Below are positions 39,980-52,454 of a stretch of DNA of 64,000 nt, one piece after another. Source of the DNA: Ruditapes philippinarum (Eukaryota). The stretch covers positions 434,001 to 498,000 of the forward strand of contig NW_026861840.1 of NCBI RefSeq assembly GCF_026571515.1, read 5' to 3'. Position 1 is the first letter of the stretch. The number at the start of each line of letters is the position of its first letter. The notes beneath the pieces were generated by a model that was not told the DNA's origin, did no database searches, and was given only the letters and a program-made list of their open reading frames with translations. The translations under genes and the position numbers were made by a program.

Positions 39980-40620
39980 AACAAGAACCAGTTGAACGGG
40001 GTGATGCTCCCCGAATAGATTTTGGAGACGGAAAAGTATACCTTTTGTAGTTTCAGAGTTATGTTGCAGACAAAGTTCAAAATGCGATAATTCCAAACTT
40101 CGACTACTGAATTGAGATCTACCGACTAAGTTGTCTTAGTTCCACAGTAAGGTCCTGGTCGAAGTTCAAAGTGTAAAAATAAACAAAGGGCAAAAACTCC
40201 AAAATAAGGTAAGGCAGAGTTAGGGTTCTTTTGTGCACTGTACGAACTACAAAGTGTTTTCTTTAATCTGTAAATCTGCTATGTACTGGACAATGTTCAA
40301 AGTGTAAAAACGAACGAAGGGCAATAACTTCTACATTAAGCAAGACAGATACGGTTCTCTTGCACTGTACTTCTATTTAATGAGCTCAACCTAATAGTAT
40401 CATTAAGTCAAAGTTCAAAGTGAAAAAATGAACAAAGGACAATAACACCAAAATTAGACAAGGCGGAGTTATGGTTCCTTAGCATTATATCTACCCAATG
40501 AGATCAAACTACAAAGTTTCATGTTGACGGCTCTTGTTCGAGTTATGTCCCGGACAAGAAAAGCAGACAGATGGACGGACAAAGCGGCGACTATATGCTC
40601 ATCCTTCGGGAGCACAATTA
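39980..40620 (+). mobile_element. Helentron-associated (HINE-like) non-autonomous element with ~120-bp internal repeats
   Basis: Starts aacaaga..., repeats aagttcaaagtgtaaaaa..caaagggcaataact, short (GACG/GACA) run, 3' hairpin tgctc..ttcgggagca. Related elements at ~49950-50735, 43133+, ~61900-62640 and 63600+. Confidence 0.55.
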
Positions 40621-40951
40621 GTCCTTAACTAATAGTTAAATAGCAGTTAATAGAAAGTTTGTAAACCTAATGGTGAAGTTAACAATCTCTGCAGAGTAAA
40701 CCTTTTTGGACAATGGAAGGTCTGTTTGGTTTTTGCCAAGTGGTGTTGATAAAGTGGTTATGTGAAGTCTTTTGGAAGGAGTTGGTATGGATATATATTA
40801 GGTAATTTGCGTACAAATGGCCGTTATGCAGAGGCTGTAGTATAGATTAATGAGAAAGCACAAAAACATTTTAACAACTTTATTCATAACAAGTCAAATA
40901 CAATATTCAATACACAGTAATTCTGGTGCCTCTGCCAACCAGAACCAATCC

Positions 40952-43900
40952 TTAGTTGCGAGAAGCTTGACACGTCATGTACTTGTAAATACGATCCCTG
41001 AGAATTGAATAGAAAGTAAATCAATTAAGAGTTCCTTAAAATAAAACCACAAATTATTTTAGGCATAAATGGTGATCTACCTTTGGAAAATTCATATTCA
41101 CTTCTGAAAAAAAGAAAGATTTTTCTTCATGTCGAACTTGTATATGTAAATTGAAAAATTCAAAGGACATTATATTCAATTTAATTATGTGTTATTCTTG
41201 ATCATTGATTTTTTTAAATAAACACTAAGTATATGTTAGTGTTCATCCGTGCTGTTCTACAGAAATTAGAAACTTTGACGGGAGCGATAGCGACAGGAGA
41301 ATGTTTCTAATTTCTGTAGAACACCTACGGATGAATACTAACATATTTAGTGTCAAACTTTATTTGGCCTCATAATCACTCACTTTATTACGTCACTGTG
41401 CCGTTCTATGAAGTACTATTTAAAATGGAAGTCGACTATGAACGGAATTCGATTTAGTGTCCAACTTTATTCGTCATCAAATGAAAACGCTGTATTTCTT
41501 AAAAATTCTGTGCGTTAATTTTCATAGAAGTACAAAAGTCGATACTATATCGAATTCCGTTCATAGTCGACTTCTATTTTTCATAGTACTTCATAAAACC
41601 GCATAGTGACGTAATAAAGTGAATGATAATGAGGCCAAATAAAGTTTGACACTAAATATGTTAGTATTCATCCGTGCTGTTCTACAGAAATTAGAAACAT
41701 TCTCCTGTCGCTATCGCTCCCGTCGAAGTTTCTAATTTCTGTAGAACAGCACGGATGAACACTAACATATACATAGTATCGACTTTTGTTCTATGAAAAT
41801 TAACGCACAGAATTTTTAAGAAATACAGCGTTTTCATTGGATGACAAATAAAGTTGGACACTAACAAAACGTGATATTTGAATTTATACAAAATCATTAA
41901 CCAATTGCATTCACAACCAGTAATGTTCATAAATCCAGGATAACCGTTCGATGCATTATACAAAATATGGCATAGTTTATTGTCACAAAGTTACAGATTA
42001 ATGTACTTCAAAGTACTTCTACTTATTTACGAAATCAGAAAATGAAGTATATTTTGACAAATTATAGCGAGTGTGGTTTCTTTATAGTGTGTTCTTTAGC
42101 GCAAGTGTATAATTATTTTTTCTTTATATATTTGATATTTGATCAGTACATGTATAATCAAGGCATACTTCACTTGTTGACAAAATGTGTAGGCTTGGTG
42201 AAATAAACTAAATTTTACACATCACAGACATTAATAACGAACATTTAAAAGTTGTCATGAAAGCCCAAGTTCGGCGTGCTGCTTTCAAATAGATTATACT
42301 TACTCGCGACGGTTGCTATGAATCGAGACCAAGCCTTTCGTAACTCGGCTAGTTCCGGCATTGAAGTATTGTTGACCATCGTAGTTATTGGTCCATGAAG
42401 TATAATGACAATTAGACAGCTGAACACCTGAGAGAAAATAAATAACAGAAGATAAAACTTATGTTGTTTACAAGACATAAAAAGGTATTACTTGGACACA
42501 TATTTAATTTTGTTTACAGAGATCTAACATTTAGTCCCATTTCTCCTTGTGTTAAGTATAAACTGCACTGGTGTCATGAGCAAATGTGATCTTGAGGCGA
42601 GTATGGCTAAAGTTTTTTGATTTAAAGGCAATGATGACCTTTATCATCAGGCCATCTACATATTAAAAATGTAAATTATGATACGTCGGCATAATTTGAT
42701 ATCACTTGTAGCCAAGAAGTTTGCCCTTGGCTTCATACTGTTAGATAGTTAATTGAAATAGGTAGTTACAGATGTATTGAAAGTTTCAAATTTTAAATTG
42801 GACTGTTTCAAATTTAAATATGGTTTGTTTGTTTGTTTGAATGTGTTTTACGTCACATCGACACAGTATAGGTCATATTGCGACGTTCCAGCTTTACTGG
42901 TGGAGGAAGACCTCAGGTGCCCTTCCGTGCATTATTTCAGGCACGAAAGGGCACCCGAGTAGAACCACCGACGTTCCATAAGCTAGCTGGATAGCTTCCT
43001 CACATTAAAGAATCCAAAGTCCCAGTCAGGTTTCGAACCCTCAGCGGCGAGGGGCAAGTGGTTTGAAGTCAACGACCTTAACCACTCGGCCACGGACGCC
43101 CCATTTCAAATATGGGAAAATCCATTACATACAAGAGCATCGCATGTGGTGTTAATGCTCGTCTAAAAAATTGTGCAAGTTAAAAAAAATGCCATTACTC
43201 CAAAAATGAAATTAAGAATGATGTCATTTGTCAGAATATACACTTGCCCGTCTTGATAAGTATTCCAAGTTTTATATCACACTTATTATCAGTATCTTTA
43301 TAAACTTGTTGAGTAATAAACAAATGTGTTTGCATGACGACATCAAAGTGATCATAATAGCTCCACTTTCATGGAAATAGACCAGCTAAAAGTTAAAGAG
43401 ATAAAAACGTAACAAAACTTACCAGGCATGCCACAACATTTCACTTTCCACCTCCTGTCTTCTTGGCGATTGCTGTGGTAACTTTGAAAACCACCGATGT
43501 ACCTATTGCCAGAGCATTGATATACAATGGGTTCGTCCCAGTCGTTAATATACTCTGAAATCACAGAATATTCAGTTTACAACTTGTCAAGCAAATCCAT
43601 CCACTCCCATTTTTCAGTGTATGGTTGGGATTTAAAACAGACATGAAAAAGGACTTTAATCAATTCGAACAAATAAGTTTGTGGTTCCGTATTATCTACG
43701 GTGTCCCCTAAGGGTCATGTAAACACAACAGCTTTTTTGAGTTATTTGGAGGAATTTAAGGCTCAATGGTCATATGATCAACTATAATACAAGCGAGAAA
43801 TAAACTGTTCCCTAGTGTGTCAGTTATAAACTTTACTAATGAAGGTATACCGTTTTCAGGCCAAAGCAAAGTTTTTCCAGGATATTTTATGTAATGAACC

Positions 43901-45428
43901 ACATGATCACCTGTATTACAAAACTATGTTCTCTGAAGGCAATCTTAACGAAGCTGATAAAGTGGCTCACAAAGAACACCGTAGTAATTCTGAATAATGA
44001 TTGTTTGTCACAGTATTGATCATAGGGTGACGTTCCAGGTTTATTTTACTACTGGAGGAAGACCTCGGGTGTACTTGCATTATTTCAGGCACGAACGGAC
44101 GCTTTAGTAGAACCACAACGTTTCGTAAACTAGCTAGATAGCTTCCTCACATAAAAAAAATCCAAAGTTTCTGTCGCGATTCGAACCCACAGCGTTGAGG
44201 GGCATGTGGTTTAAATTGAACGACTAACCACACGGCCACAAATGCTTCAAAATGTTTGATATACTGTGTATAGGAATAAGGTATATTGCAACTGTTGAGC
44301 AAATGATAACATAATACACGACACGTTACTTAACATATACCATGTCATAAAGACCATGCCCTAAACCTTTTTTTTTAAAGAATTTGCACCCGTTATAAAT
44401 AAAATGCAATGTAGTTCACGTGTGGCACTTTGATCTTCTCGTCAACATTTTCTTGTGAAAGGTCAGGTAAGGATCTTCTGAATAAAGGTTTGTTAAAATC
44501 TACTCAAGATGGGGATAATGGGCGGAGGAGGACGCATATGCTATTACAAAAACCTTACATTCCGAACACTGCTCTGGTTGGCTTGACGTGAGCACACATA
44601 AAACAATGTATACAAGTTTTATTAAATAATACCTGTCCAAGTACAAGTGGGTGTTAAGTCAGAAACATCACATGGAAAATCTCGGCAACTCATGTCGAAG
44701 ACACGATCTTCTTGGCGATTGTGGTGTACACTGGTTATCTGGGCGATGAACTGGTTCTCATAACGACATTCATATTGTAACGGCCGGTCTAAACTGTTGA
44801 CAATAGTGCAGCTCCCAGTGTGTATGATACTGGCCACAATTACAAGTTCCTAAATTAAATTAAAATCAGCACATTATAACATTATAAAGGTCCTGTATCT
44901 TTCACCTTCTTTATTGGTTTTTATACCATTAATGTGATGCTTAAGATTTACCAATAGCGCAAGTTCCAAAAAGAATTATTTGTTAATATATTTCTAAATT
45001 TACATTTCATGTAAGTAAAGGTAGGTAATTTGAAATTTTCGATAAAGTCCAAGCCAAATTTTTTTAAACCAGAAATGAATGCAATTATTACTTATAAACT
45101 TATAATGCGCATAAACATTTAAGGGAGACGTCGAGAAGGTTTTATATTTTATATTTACTACCAAAAAAGCAATAATAAGGCAAGATGTACGGCATATTAA
45201 TACGTGTTTGACAAAATGCTTCAAATGACATTTTGAAAGCTTGATTTCTCTGGGTTTTTTAAGGGGGGGGGGGTAGATTTGTCCATTTTGAATCAAGACA
45301 GGAATTCTGCATCAGCGGTGAAAATAAATCCCCTATCAGAATATATCTGAGATCAATTAAAACAATTGAAGGCATACAAAAATGTATATAAAATTTAATT
45401 CAATAATTCTTACCCAAATAAGATGCAT
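40952..45428 (-). CDS. Dermatopontin family / hemagglutinin-amebocyte aggregation factor-like secreted protein, copy 1 (intact, 177 aa)
   Basis: Exons 45428-45414 (MHLIW), 44849-44633, 43554-43423, 42427-42304, 40997-40952, all GT-AG, 534 nt. Three S-x-H-x-N-x-x-E-D-R repeats (SVHHNRQEDRVF, SYHSNRQEDRRW, SIHSNRREDRIY). AATAAA at 40884-40879. Confidence 0.92.
41224..41864. mobile_element. Crypton-like non-autonomous element arranged A-B-revcomp(A)-revcomp(B)
   Basis: A=41224-41453, B=41454-41547, A'=41548-41775, B'=41774-41864. A holds a hairpin with loop gggagcgatagcgac. The family assignment comes from pattern recall only. Confidence 0.6.
42823..43102 (-). mobile_element. Full-length tRNA-derived SINE
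   Basis: Head ggggcgtccgtggccgagtggttaagg..gggttcgaaacc, conserved body, (CAAA)n tail, TSD attt(c)aaatatgg on both sides. Confidence 0.88.
44010..44243 (-). mobile_element. SINE, same family, degenerate (another fragment at ~15340-15478)
   Basis: Body actggaggaagacctc..aggcacgaac..gatagcttcctcacat, plus B box. Confidence 0.8.
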
Positions 45429-46609
45429 TTCAGATGAATTATTCTGCTCGACGTGAAGACGATCCTTGATCTGAAAATTAAAAATATAAAAAGTGTAAAG
45501 TATAAATGTTGGTTCGAAATATTTCAGGAACGAGGTAAAATTTTAAAGATTTTCATAAGCGCCCGACTAAATATTAATACTAGAACCGTTTAATATGTAC
45601 AAATATATATATATATACTTAACAAAACTTATAACTGCAGTTTTTAAATGTGAATAACTTTTTTATTACTTGACATTTTTTACCCAAATTTTGGAATTCA
45701 TCGTTTGAATGGTTTATTTTTAAAATGCTATATTCAGAAATAACGGTTATTTTTGTTGTGTGCGTTCATCCGTGACATGTACATTAACAACAAAGTGCAC
45801 GTGAGGACGACAGGTTGGCGCTAAATGAAGTTATTATTGACCATCAAGGATTCTATTAAAATAAAGATATCCAAAAAACACACATTTATTGCATAATTTT
45901 TGCAATTGAAAGAAAAATGGCCGTCTACAAGTTTTTCGCAAGGGAATTTGCATTTCGGGCGCCCATTTTGAAAATAAATTTGCATAATATTTTCTCAAAT
46001 AAACATATTGACTAACATTTTACTTTAAAACTAAAAACAAACTTTCTTGGTATTTTCATATTAATGAAAATATCGTGTTTGCATTGCTTTTAGTAACTGG
46101 GTACAACGCGTTACGGAGGTCGACATAAACCAGTCTTAACTTAAATTCAATAAAGCAAATATTAAAATCACAGCGACATAATGCCCTGGAATTTATTGTA
46201 GTATTATACCCTATCGATGATCCTATGTTTTATGTTTGTATTTTAGTGAAATCAAGAGATTTAGACCTTTTTGCACCCATTATAAACACGCATTTTACAG
46301 AAATGTGAAATTCGGTTTTCGCGCAATCTTGCACACTTCGCTATTTCTCAGTAAATACGAATCGCCCTGACATAAAAATCGATACCCAACATTGCACATA
46401 TGTATACTTTATTTGGTTAAAATTTCAGAGACCTATCTTAAAAATTTGAATTTTATACGTGCACAGTTATAAGATTTGTTAAGTGTATATACCTGTATAT
46501 CATAAAAATGTACGATTACTTTAACATTTTAATGAAGTTCGACTTGAAAACACGGTGTGCATTCTACGACACTAAAGTACACAATGCTCAATGTTGATCT
46601 CTTCATAGG

Positions 46610-47063
46610 TTGAAATGAAGGGACATCATTCTGAAATTGGCATTTGCTTGAGTATCTTTTATAACTATATAATAAAAGATATCACAGGAAATTGACATTC
46701 TATAGGCAAATAATTAAAAAATAACGGCAAAATTTGTTGTTGACATTTGAGTGAATATTGCCAATTTATTATTATACAATGCTTCGATTTAAAATATCAG
46801 CGGTTGTAAAAGGACTAATTTTGTATTGTGTATCGAAATTGCTAAACTAATTTGTTTACATTGATTTTCCACGTGTGTAATTAGATAAAATGTGTATCGA
46901 GTGTGCAAAAGGCGTTGCATTCATAGTATAGAGGGATATATTTGCCGTTATTTTTTAATTATTTGCCTATAGAATGTCAATTTCCTGTGATCTCTTTTAT
47001 TATATAGTTATGAAAAGATACTCAAGCAAATGCCAATTTCAGAATGATGTCCCTTCATTTCAA
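46610..47063. repeat. ~120-bp near-perfect inverted repeat with ~210-bp spacer
   Basis: 46610-46731 versus the reverse complement of 46941-47063. Confidence 0.88.
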
Positions 47064-47917
47064 AACCAAACTACATGGTTAATAAGCTAAATCAAAATGG
47101 TGTATAGCGTCATAATTTTTATGAAAAAGTGTTGAAACCCGTCATAGAAATCATTCTACTTTATATGTAATTGACAAATTTAGTTAAAAGGCTACTTTAA
47201 AGTTTTCGCATTACAATAACGACGCACTAGCGATAATTAAAACTATGGATGCACGATCAGAATTAATAGTTGTAAAATAAGTAAACAAATTAGTGACCAA
47301 AAATTGAAAATATCTTCAGTGCAATAATCAGATAATGTGTAGACGTGTTTAGTCTTTAACAGACCCATTATTAACCAATGCTATGTGCAGTGCAGATAGT
47401 TCGGTCAAACGTGCTATGTGCAGTGCAGATACGACCATTAATAGAGATTCAGCTTAATATTGCAACAAGATATGCCACGTGTTCGGTCAAACGTAGATAT
47501 ACGTAATTTACAATAATATATACGTAATTTACAATAATATATAAGCATGTAAACATTAAAAAATTTACGGTATCATTTGATGCTATATAAGTTGTCAAAT
47601 ATTAACAAAACTAAATAATGTCCGAGTCTTGCTCTGCAGTATCAGAAGCAAACTCATTTGTATCCCAGTCTATGCACGATTCCATTTCCGGTAAAATGGC
47701 ATTGAACGGGTCGATAAGCACAATTGAAACACAACACATTCAGGACATTTTAAGTATAGTTTGATTTTATTGACCTGTCAATTATGAATACATTATAGCA
47801 CTCATTTAAATATTCGATCCCACTTCGGTTGTGTCCGTTTATTTTACGAGAATTAATATGGAGCAAATAAATAATGTTTGGATAACTCCCACTAGCTTAA
47901 TAAAGGTTCTGGGAACA

Positions 47918-47998
47918 TCCGCAATAGCGCAGTCGGTTAAGTGATTACCTAATGCATGAGAGGTCCGAGGTTCGATCCCTTCTTTCGACATTCTTTTT
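47918..47998 (+). promoter_or_regulatory. Isolated tRNA-derived Pol III A/B-box cassette
   Basis: TAGCGCAGTCGG (47925-47936), GGTTCGATCC (47969-47978), TTTTT (47994-47998). No cloverleaf and no SINE body. Confidence 0.55.
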
Positions 47999-49109
47999 AG
48001 ACTTATTCTTTCTTTATTTTTAAGAATTTTTTTATTAAATGGTCAAGCGCCTGCAAAATTGTCTACACGGATATGAAACACCTAAGAAACACTGAATTGT
48101 CACATTTTGTATTGTATTTTACGGTACTCAAATTACATTAATTGATTTTAATCCTAATGAATTTTCAGAAATTAATTCTATTATAACAAACAGTTATTAT
48201 ATAACAATGTTATATACAAAAGTATAGTATTTACAAAAAAGTGCAAAACATATTAAAAACGGAACAACCATAACTTCAAAAATGTTGAAAATAGTTATGA
48301 ATAAGAAAAAAACCTGGACATACTCTGTCTCGATCTTACAACACGTTGGACATTCAGATAAAATATACCCGTACCCTATTGCGCTATAACGGTCAGTGTA
48401 ACTTATTCATCGAAACTAGATAAGTTTAATCACGGAATTTGCCGAACATTTATCGAATATTAATATATTCTGTGCATTGACCGTATAATCAGTATGGAAT
48501 TGACAGGTTAATAAAATCAAACAATAAACTGTAAGTAAAGAAGAACAAATATTTTTACCTGAAGATATGAAGTTCAATTCAAATGTCTCAAATTATCTAA
48601 TGGTACAATCTCCGAACGCAGCACTCGAGGAACACCCGACTTGCCTTGTCGCTTGGTGAAGGTGGAATGACAAAAACGGTTGACATTGAGCGTTTATATG
48701 CGAATTTTGTAATGCAAAATGCACGAGGAAAACATGTTTTTCTATATTTTCATGGATGGCGCATTCTATTAATCCATAATGTAATTTATATAGTGTGTAA
48801 ACAAATGAGGCGCGGATCGCCGAAAGGAAACCAATAAATTCATATTTTTGACTGTTGAGGCTTAGAACTAAATATATGTTTAATTTAATAACCACTTTAA
48901 GTACCAAAAATAATGCCATTTACAAAAATATGTGAAGAAATAATACTGGTAATAGAAAAATTAATTATATAATTTAATGGCCTCCCCTACTTTCCCCTTC
49001 ACACACAAATACCCCATTGGTAGCCTCTTAAGTAATGATATGTCCAGAGCACGAATAATCCGTGTTTTGAAAAAAAATCCTCATAACATGTGATATTTAG
49101 TCATTTTAA

Positions 49110-50861
49110 GGTATCACATGCAGTTATTGTGGAGCAAACTTCAATAAAAAATTTCATTACTTCGTCAATTCTAATTAAACTTTGTGCATACTAATAATGT
49201 CCTTATGCTTCAATATAATTATCAATCTAGTCAAAATGTGTGCTTTTCGCAACAAGAAACACACTTTTACAGTTTTCCCGAATGCTTCTCTGACAAAAGA
49301 ATCATTGAGATCAATTGGTAGGAAAAATGTCCCCTTTAACACTCACTATAAAATGTACATGTATTTCATCCTTTTTTTACAGGGTAGGTTAGCAAGTGAC
49401 ATTTGTTTACGGTAACATTGGGTCACAACTCATGGTATTTGCTGTTGTTTTGTTTGTTTGTTTTTGTTGTTGTTTTTTTGTGTTTTTCTTTGCTTTACCT
49501 TTATTTGACTATTTAACAACATATAGCATGTTCCAGGTAAATATTTGCCAGTTCCAGTGGTATATAACTTCCCATTGTAGCTTTTTTTACTTGCAGAACT
49601 TTCATATGTAGCAATATTTTGATGAAAATATGTGCCACTCTTTCGGGAGACGTTCAATGGCTACATAGGAAAAATTAGATTCGGAAAATATTTGCCCTGA
49701 ATATGGGGTATGTATATTATTACTCAAATATATAAATGAAAAACGAAGTAGAACTCCGCGAGTCGGATGTGCCGCTTTGTCAACATTATAGAGCTGTCAT
49801 GCATTTTCTTCTTATCTTTCGTAAATATAGCTTATTTATAAACACCACTCTTGCAATGTACATGTACCTTTAACTTTAGTGGCATTTTAACTGATTGCAA
49901 CAATGTTACGTCAGTTTAATAAAACTGTTAAGTTATCAAAACTAAAAATATCATGGAAAAGTTTTACACTGACAGATCAAACGGAGGACTATGTGATGGA
50001 TTATTGTGCACTGCACTTCAGGTCAATGAAAAAAAGCTTGCATTCAACCAAACTCAAAGTGACCAAATTATGCTCTAGACAGGTCTGTTAAGTAAGAACA
50101 ATATCTAAAAAAGCAGTAAGTACAGAGTACAAGTTCTTGTGCACTGCACTTTCTCTATCCTATAGAGTTTCAAGTCCATAGCTTTTATAGTTTAGAAAAA
50201 TGGCCAGTACAAAAATAAAGATTAAAAATTAACAAAGGGCAATAACTCACTTGACAAGCCTATTAGGTAAGAATATTAATAAAGGGCAATAACTCAAATA
50301 TCATGCACTTCTTCGCAATGAGATATTTCATCCTATGAAATTTCAAATCTATAGCTTTTAATGTTTAGTAGACTTTGCTCGGACAAAAAAGTATGAAAAT
50401 TATCAAAGGGCAATAACTAAAAAATCATGAGGTACTGAGTACCGATTTTGTGCACTGCACGGCACTTCTTCTCAATGAGATCCATCATCCTATGAAGTTT
50501 CAAGTCCATAGATTTTATAGTTTAGGATTTTAACATTAACCAAGGGCAATAACTAAAAAAAGTAAGAAATGCAGAGTAACGATTCTAGTGCACTGCATTT
50601 CGGGTCTTTAAAAGAAGCATGAATACCAAGTGTGGAGTCAATCCGACTTATAGTGGACAAGCCTAAGGGGACACCGCCGTCACCGCCGACAAAAGTAACC
50701 CATATTTGTCGCCTTTTCAAGGCGACATAAAAATTAGCAAATACTAATATTATATTATTATTATATTTTAAAGTAAACAGTTGCCACGTGATCCTCCATC
50801 CTATAAAATAAATTTATCTGTTTTCTCCAATAAATGTTGGCAAAATGCTAGATGTGATACC
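49110..50861. mobile_element. Kolobok-like element with a nested HINE-like insertion
   Basis: TTAA|ggtatcacatgcag ... ctagatgtgatacc|TTAA; internal aaagggcaataact repeats ending in the hairpin gtcgccttttcaaggcgac. Confidence 0.65.
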
Positions 50862-52454
50862 TTAAACCACCCTGTGTTTAGTTAGATACACAGTAATATA
50901 CATTATTAAGTACATGTATAATGAGACCATGCAACTTGTAAAGAGGTGCTGCCATTACCTTTGACGGTTGAACATGATTTGCTGTTTCCCCGCCGAAAAA
51001 AAATCGAAAAGATTGAAATGACAGTAACCATCCGTACGCCCGTCAGTACGAGAGAACGTGAGGACATTTGTTATATAAAGGAAACAAAGAGAAATGACAA
51101 TTCAATAAGAGGAAGACGCTATTAAACTGACATAAACATTCGATTTTACTTATCTAACAACATAGAACATGATGGGCATCAAGTGGTCAATCACATACGA
51201 TCAATTAGCTGTGAAAGAAAAGACCAAGTGTGTCGATATATATAGTAATTAGAGAGACGTGGTATCTTAATAAATTCATTACAAAGTATATGTACTGCAA
51301 ATACACGAAAAAATGAAAATTATTTTCGTTTGTTTGCACCTGGCATTGTGAGTAAATGTGTTGCATTGTACATAATGATTATAAGATGCTAATTAATCAA
51401 AAACTTATATAAAAAAGCTAGTATATAATTATACACTAGTCAGGGCTGGCTAGCATCAAAGTGACTGGTCAGTCAGCCCGAACCGAAGACGGAGGCCATT
51501 TAATGTTTGTTGCTGATAAGGTTAGGTCAGTCAGTACTACGAGTATTTCTTATATTTTATCGCATTTTATTGGAATAAAAGTATCACTTCAACAAGTAAA
51601 GAAGTCATATTTATCACATACCCGTGCCGCTTTGCGACTCCGTAAAAAAGGTTATGCACGGTCGAGCATATATTTTGACGTGACGTCATTTACGTTCTGT
51701 AATAGAAAGAGCATCGAAACACGAGGTTATCTGATTTGTACGAGGGTGCGTACACCCCCCCCCCCCGAGTATTAATCAGATTGCCGAGTGTGTTGATGTT
51801 CTTTCTCTTTTGTATCATAGTCAAACATCAAAACACGCACTGTGCATGTATATGTATACGATTTAACTCCGACACATTTCCTCAAACTATGATACAATCT
51901 CTTTTGTATCATAGTCAAACATAAAGACACGGTCCCTATTGTCACAATATGAAACCGCACGAAAAAGTCATCAATGAACGAGCATCTGAATATGAAATTG
52001 CTATCGCTTTCCCGTTCTCTACCGTCACAATAAGTAAACCCTAGCAAAAATGAGCCAATCAATTGGCCTGCTCTGCAGTGCGGGTAACTAATACCTGCAC
52101 TCCAGTTAACGCACTGTGCATGCATGTATATATATACGATTTAACTCTGACACATTTTCAACAGAAAGGTCCCAAAACTATGATAGAAATCTTAAATACC
52201 GCAATGTAAGACCAATATTCAGTGCTTCAAATTCCGGGGATGATATAGAAGGCCTATATGTAGAGGTATGTGGCTACATGTATTTAATCAAGCTGCGTAC
52301 ATATTTTTCGGCAATCAAACTCTTCTACTTGCGTACGTGCATACCGTTACTGTAGTATTTTGACGAAGCCTGCGCCACATACCATAAATTGGAGGCCCTT
52401 GCTGCCCTAAAGGAACGAGCAAAACACTTTCTTGAGAGGAAATAAAATGTCCAG

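Noticed and set aside
45800-49027. Complete TTAA transposon (Sola3/Kolobok-like right end gtagcctc|ttaa)
   Set aside because: No matching left TIR or coding remnant found, so it is not listed as a feature.
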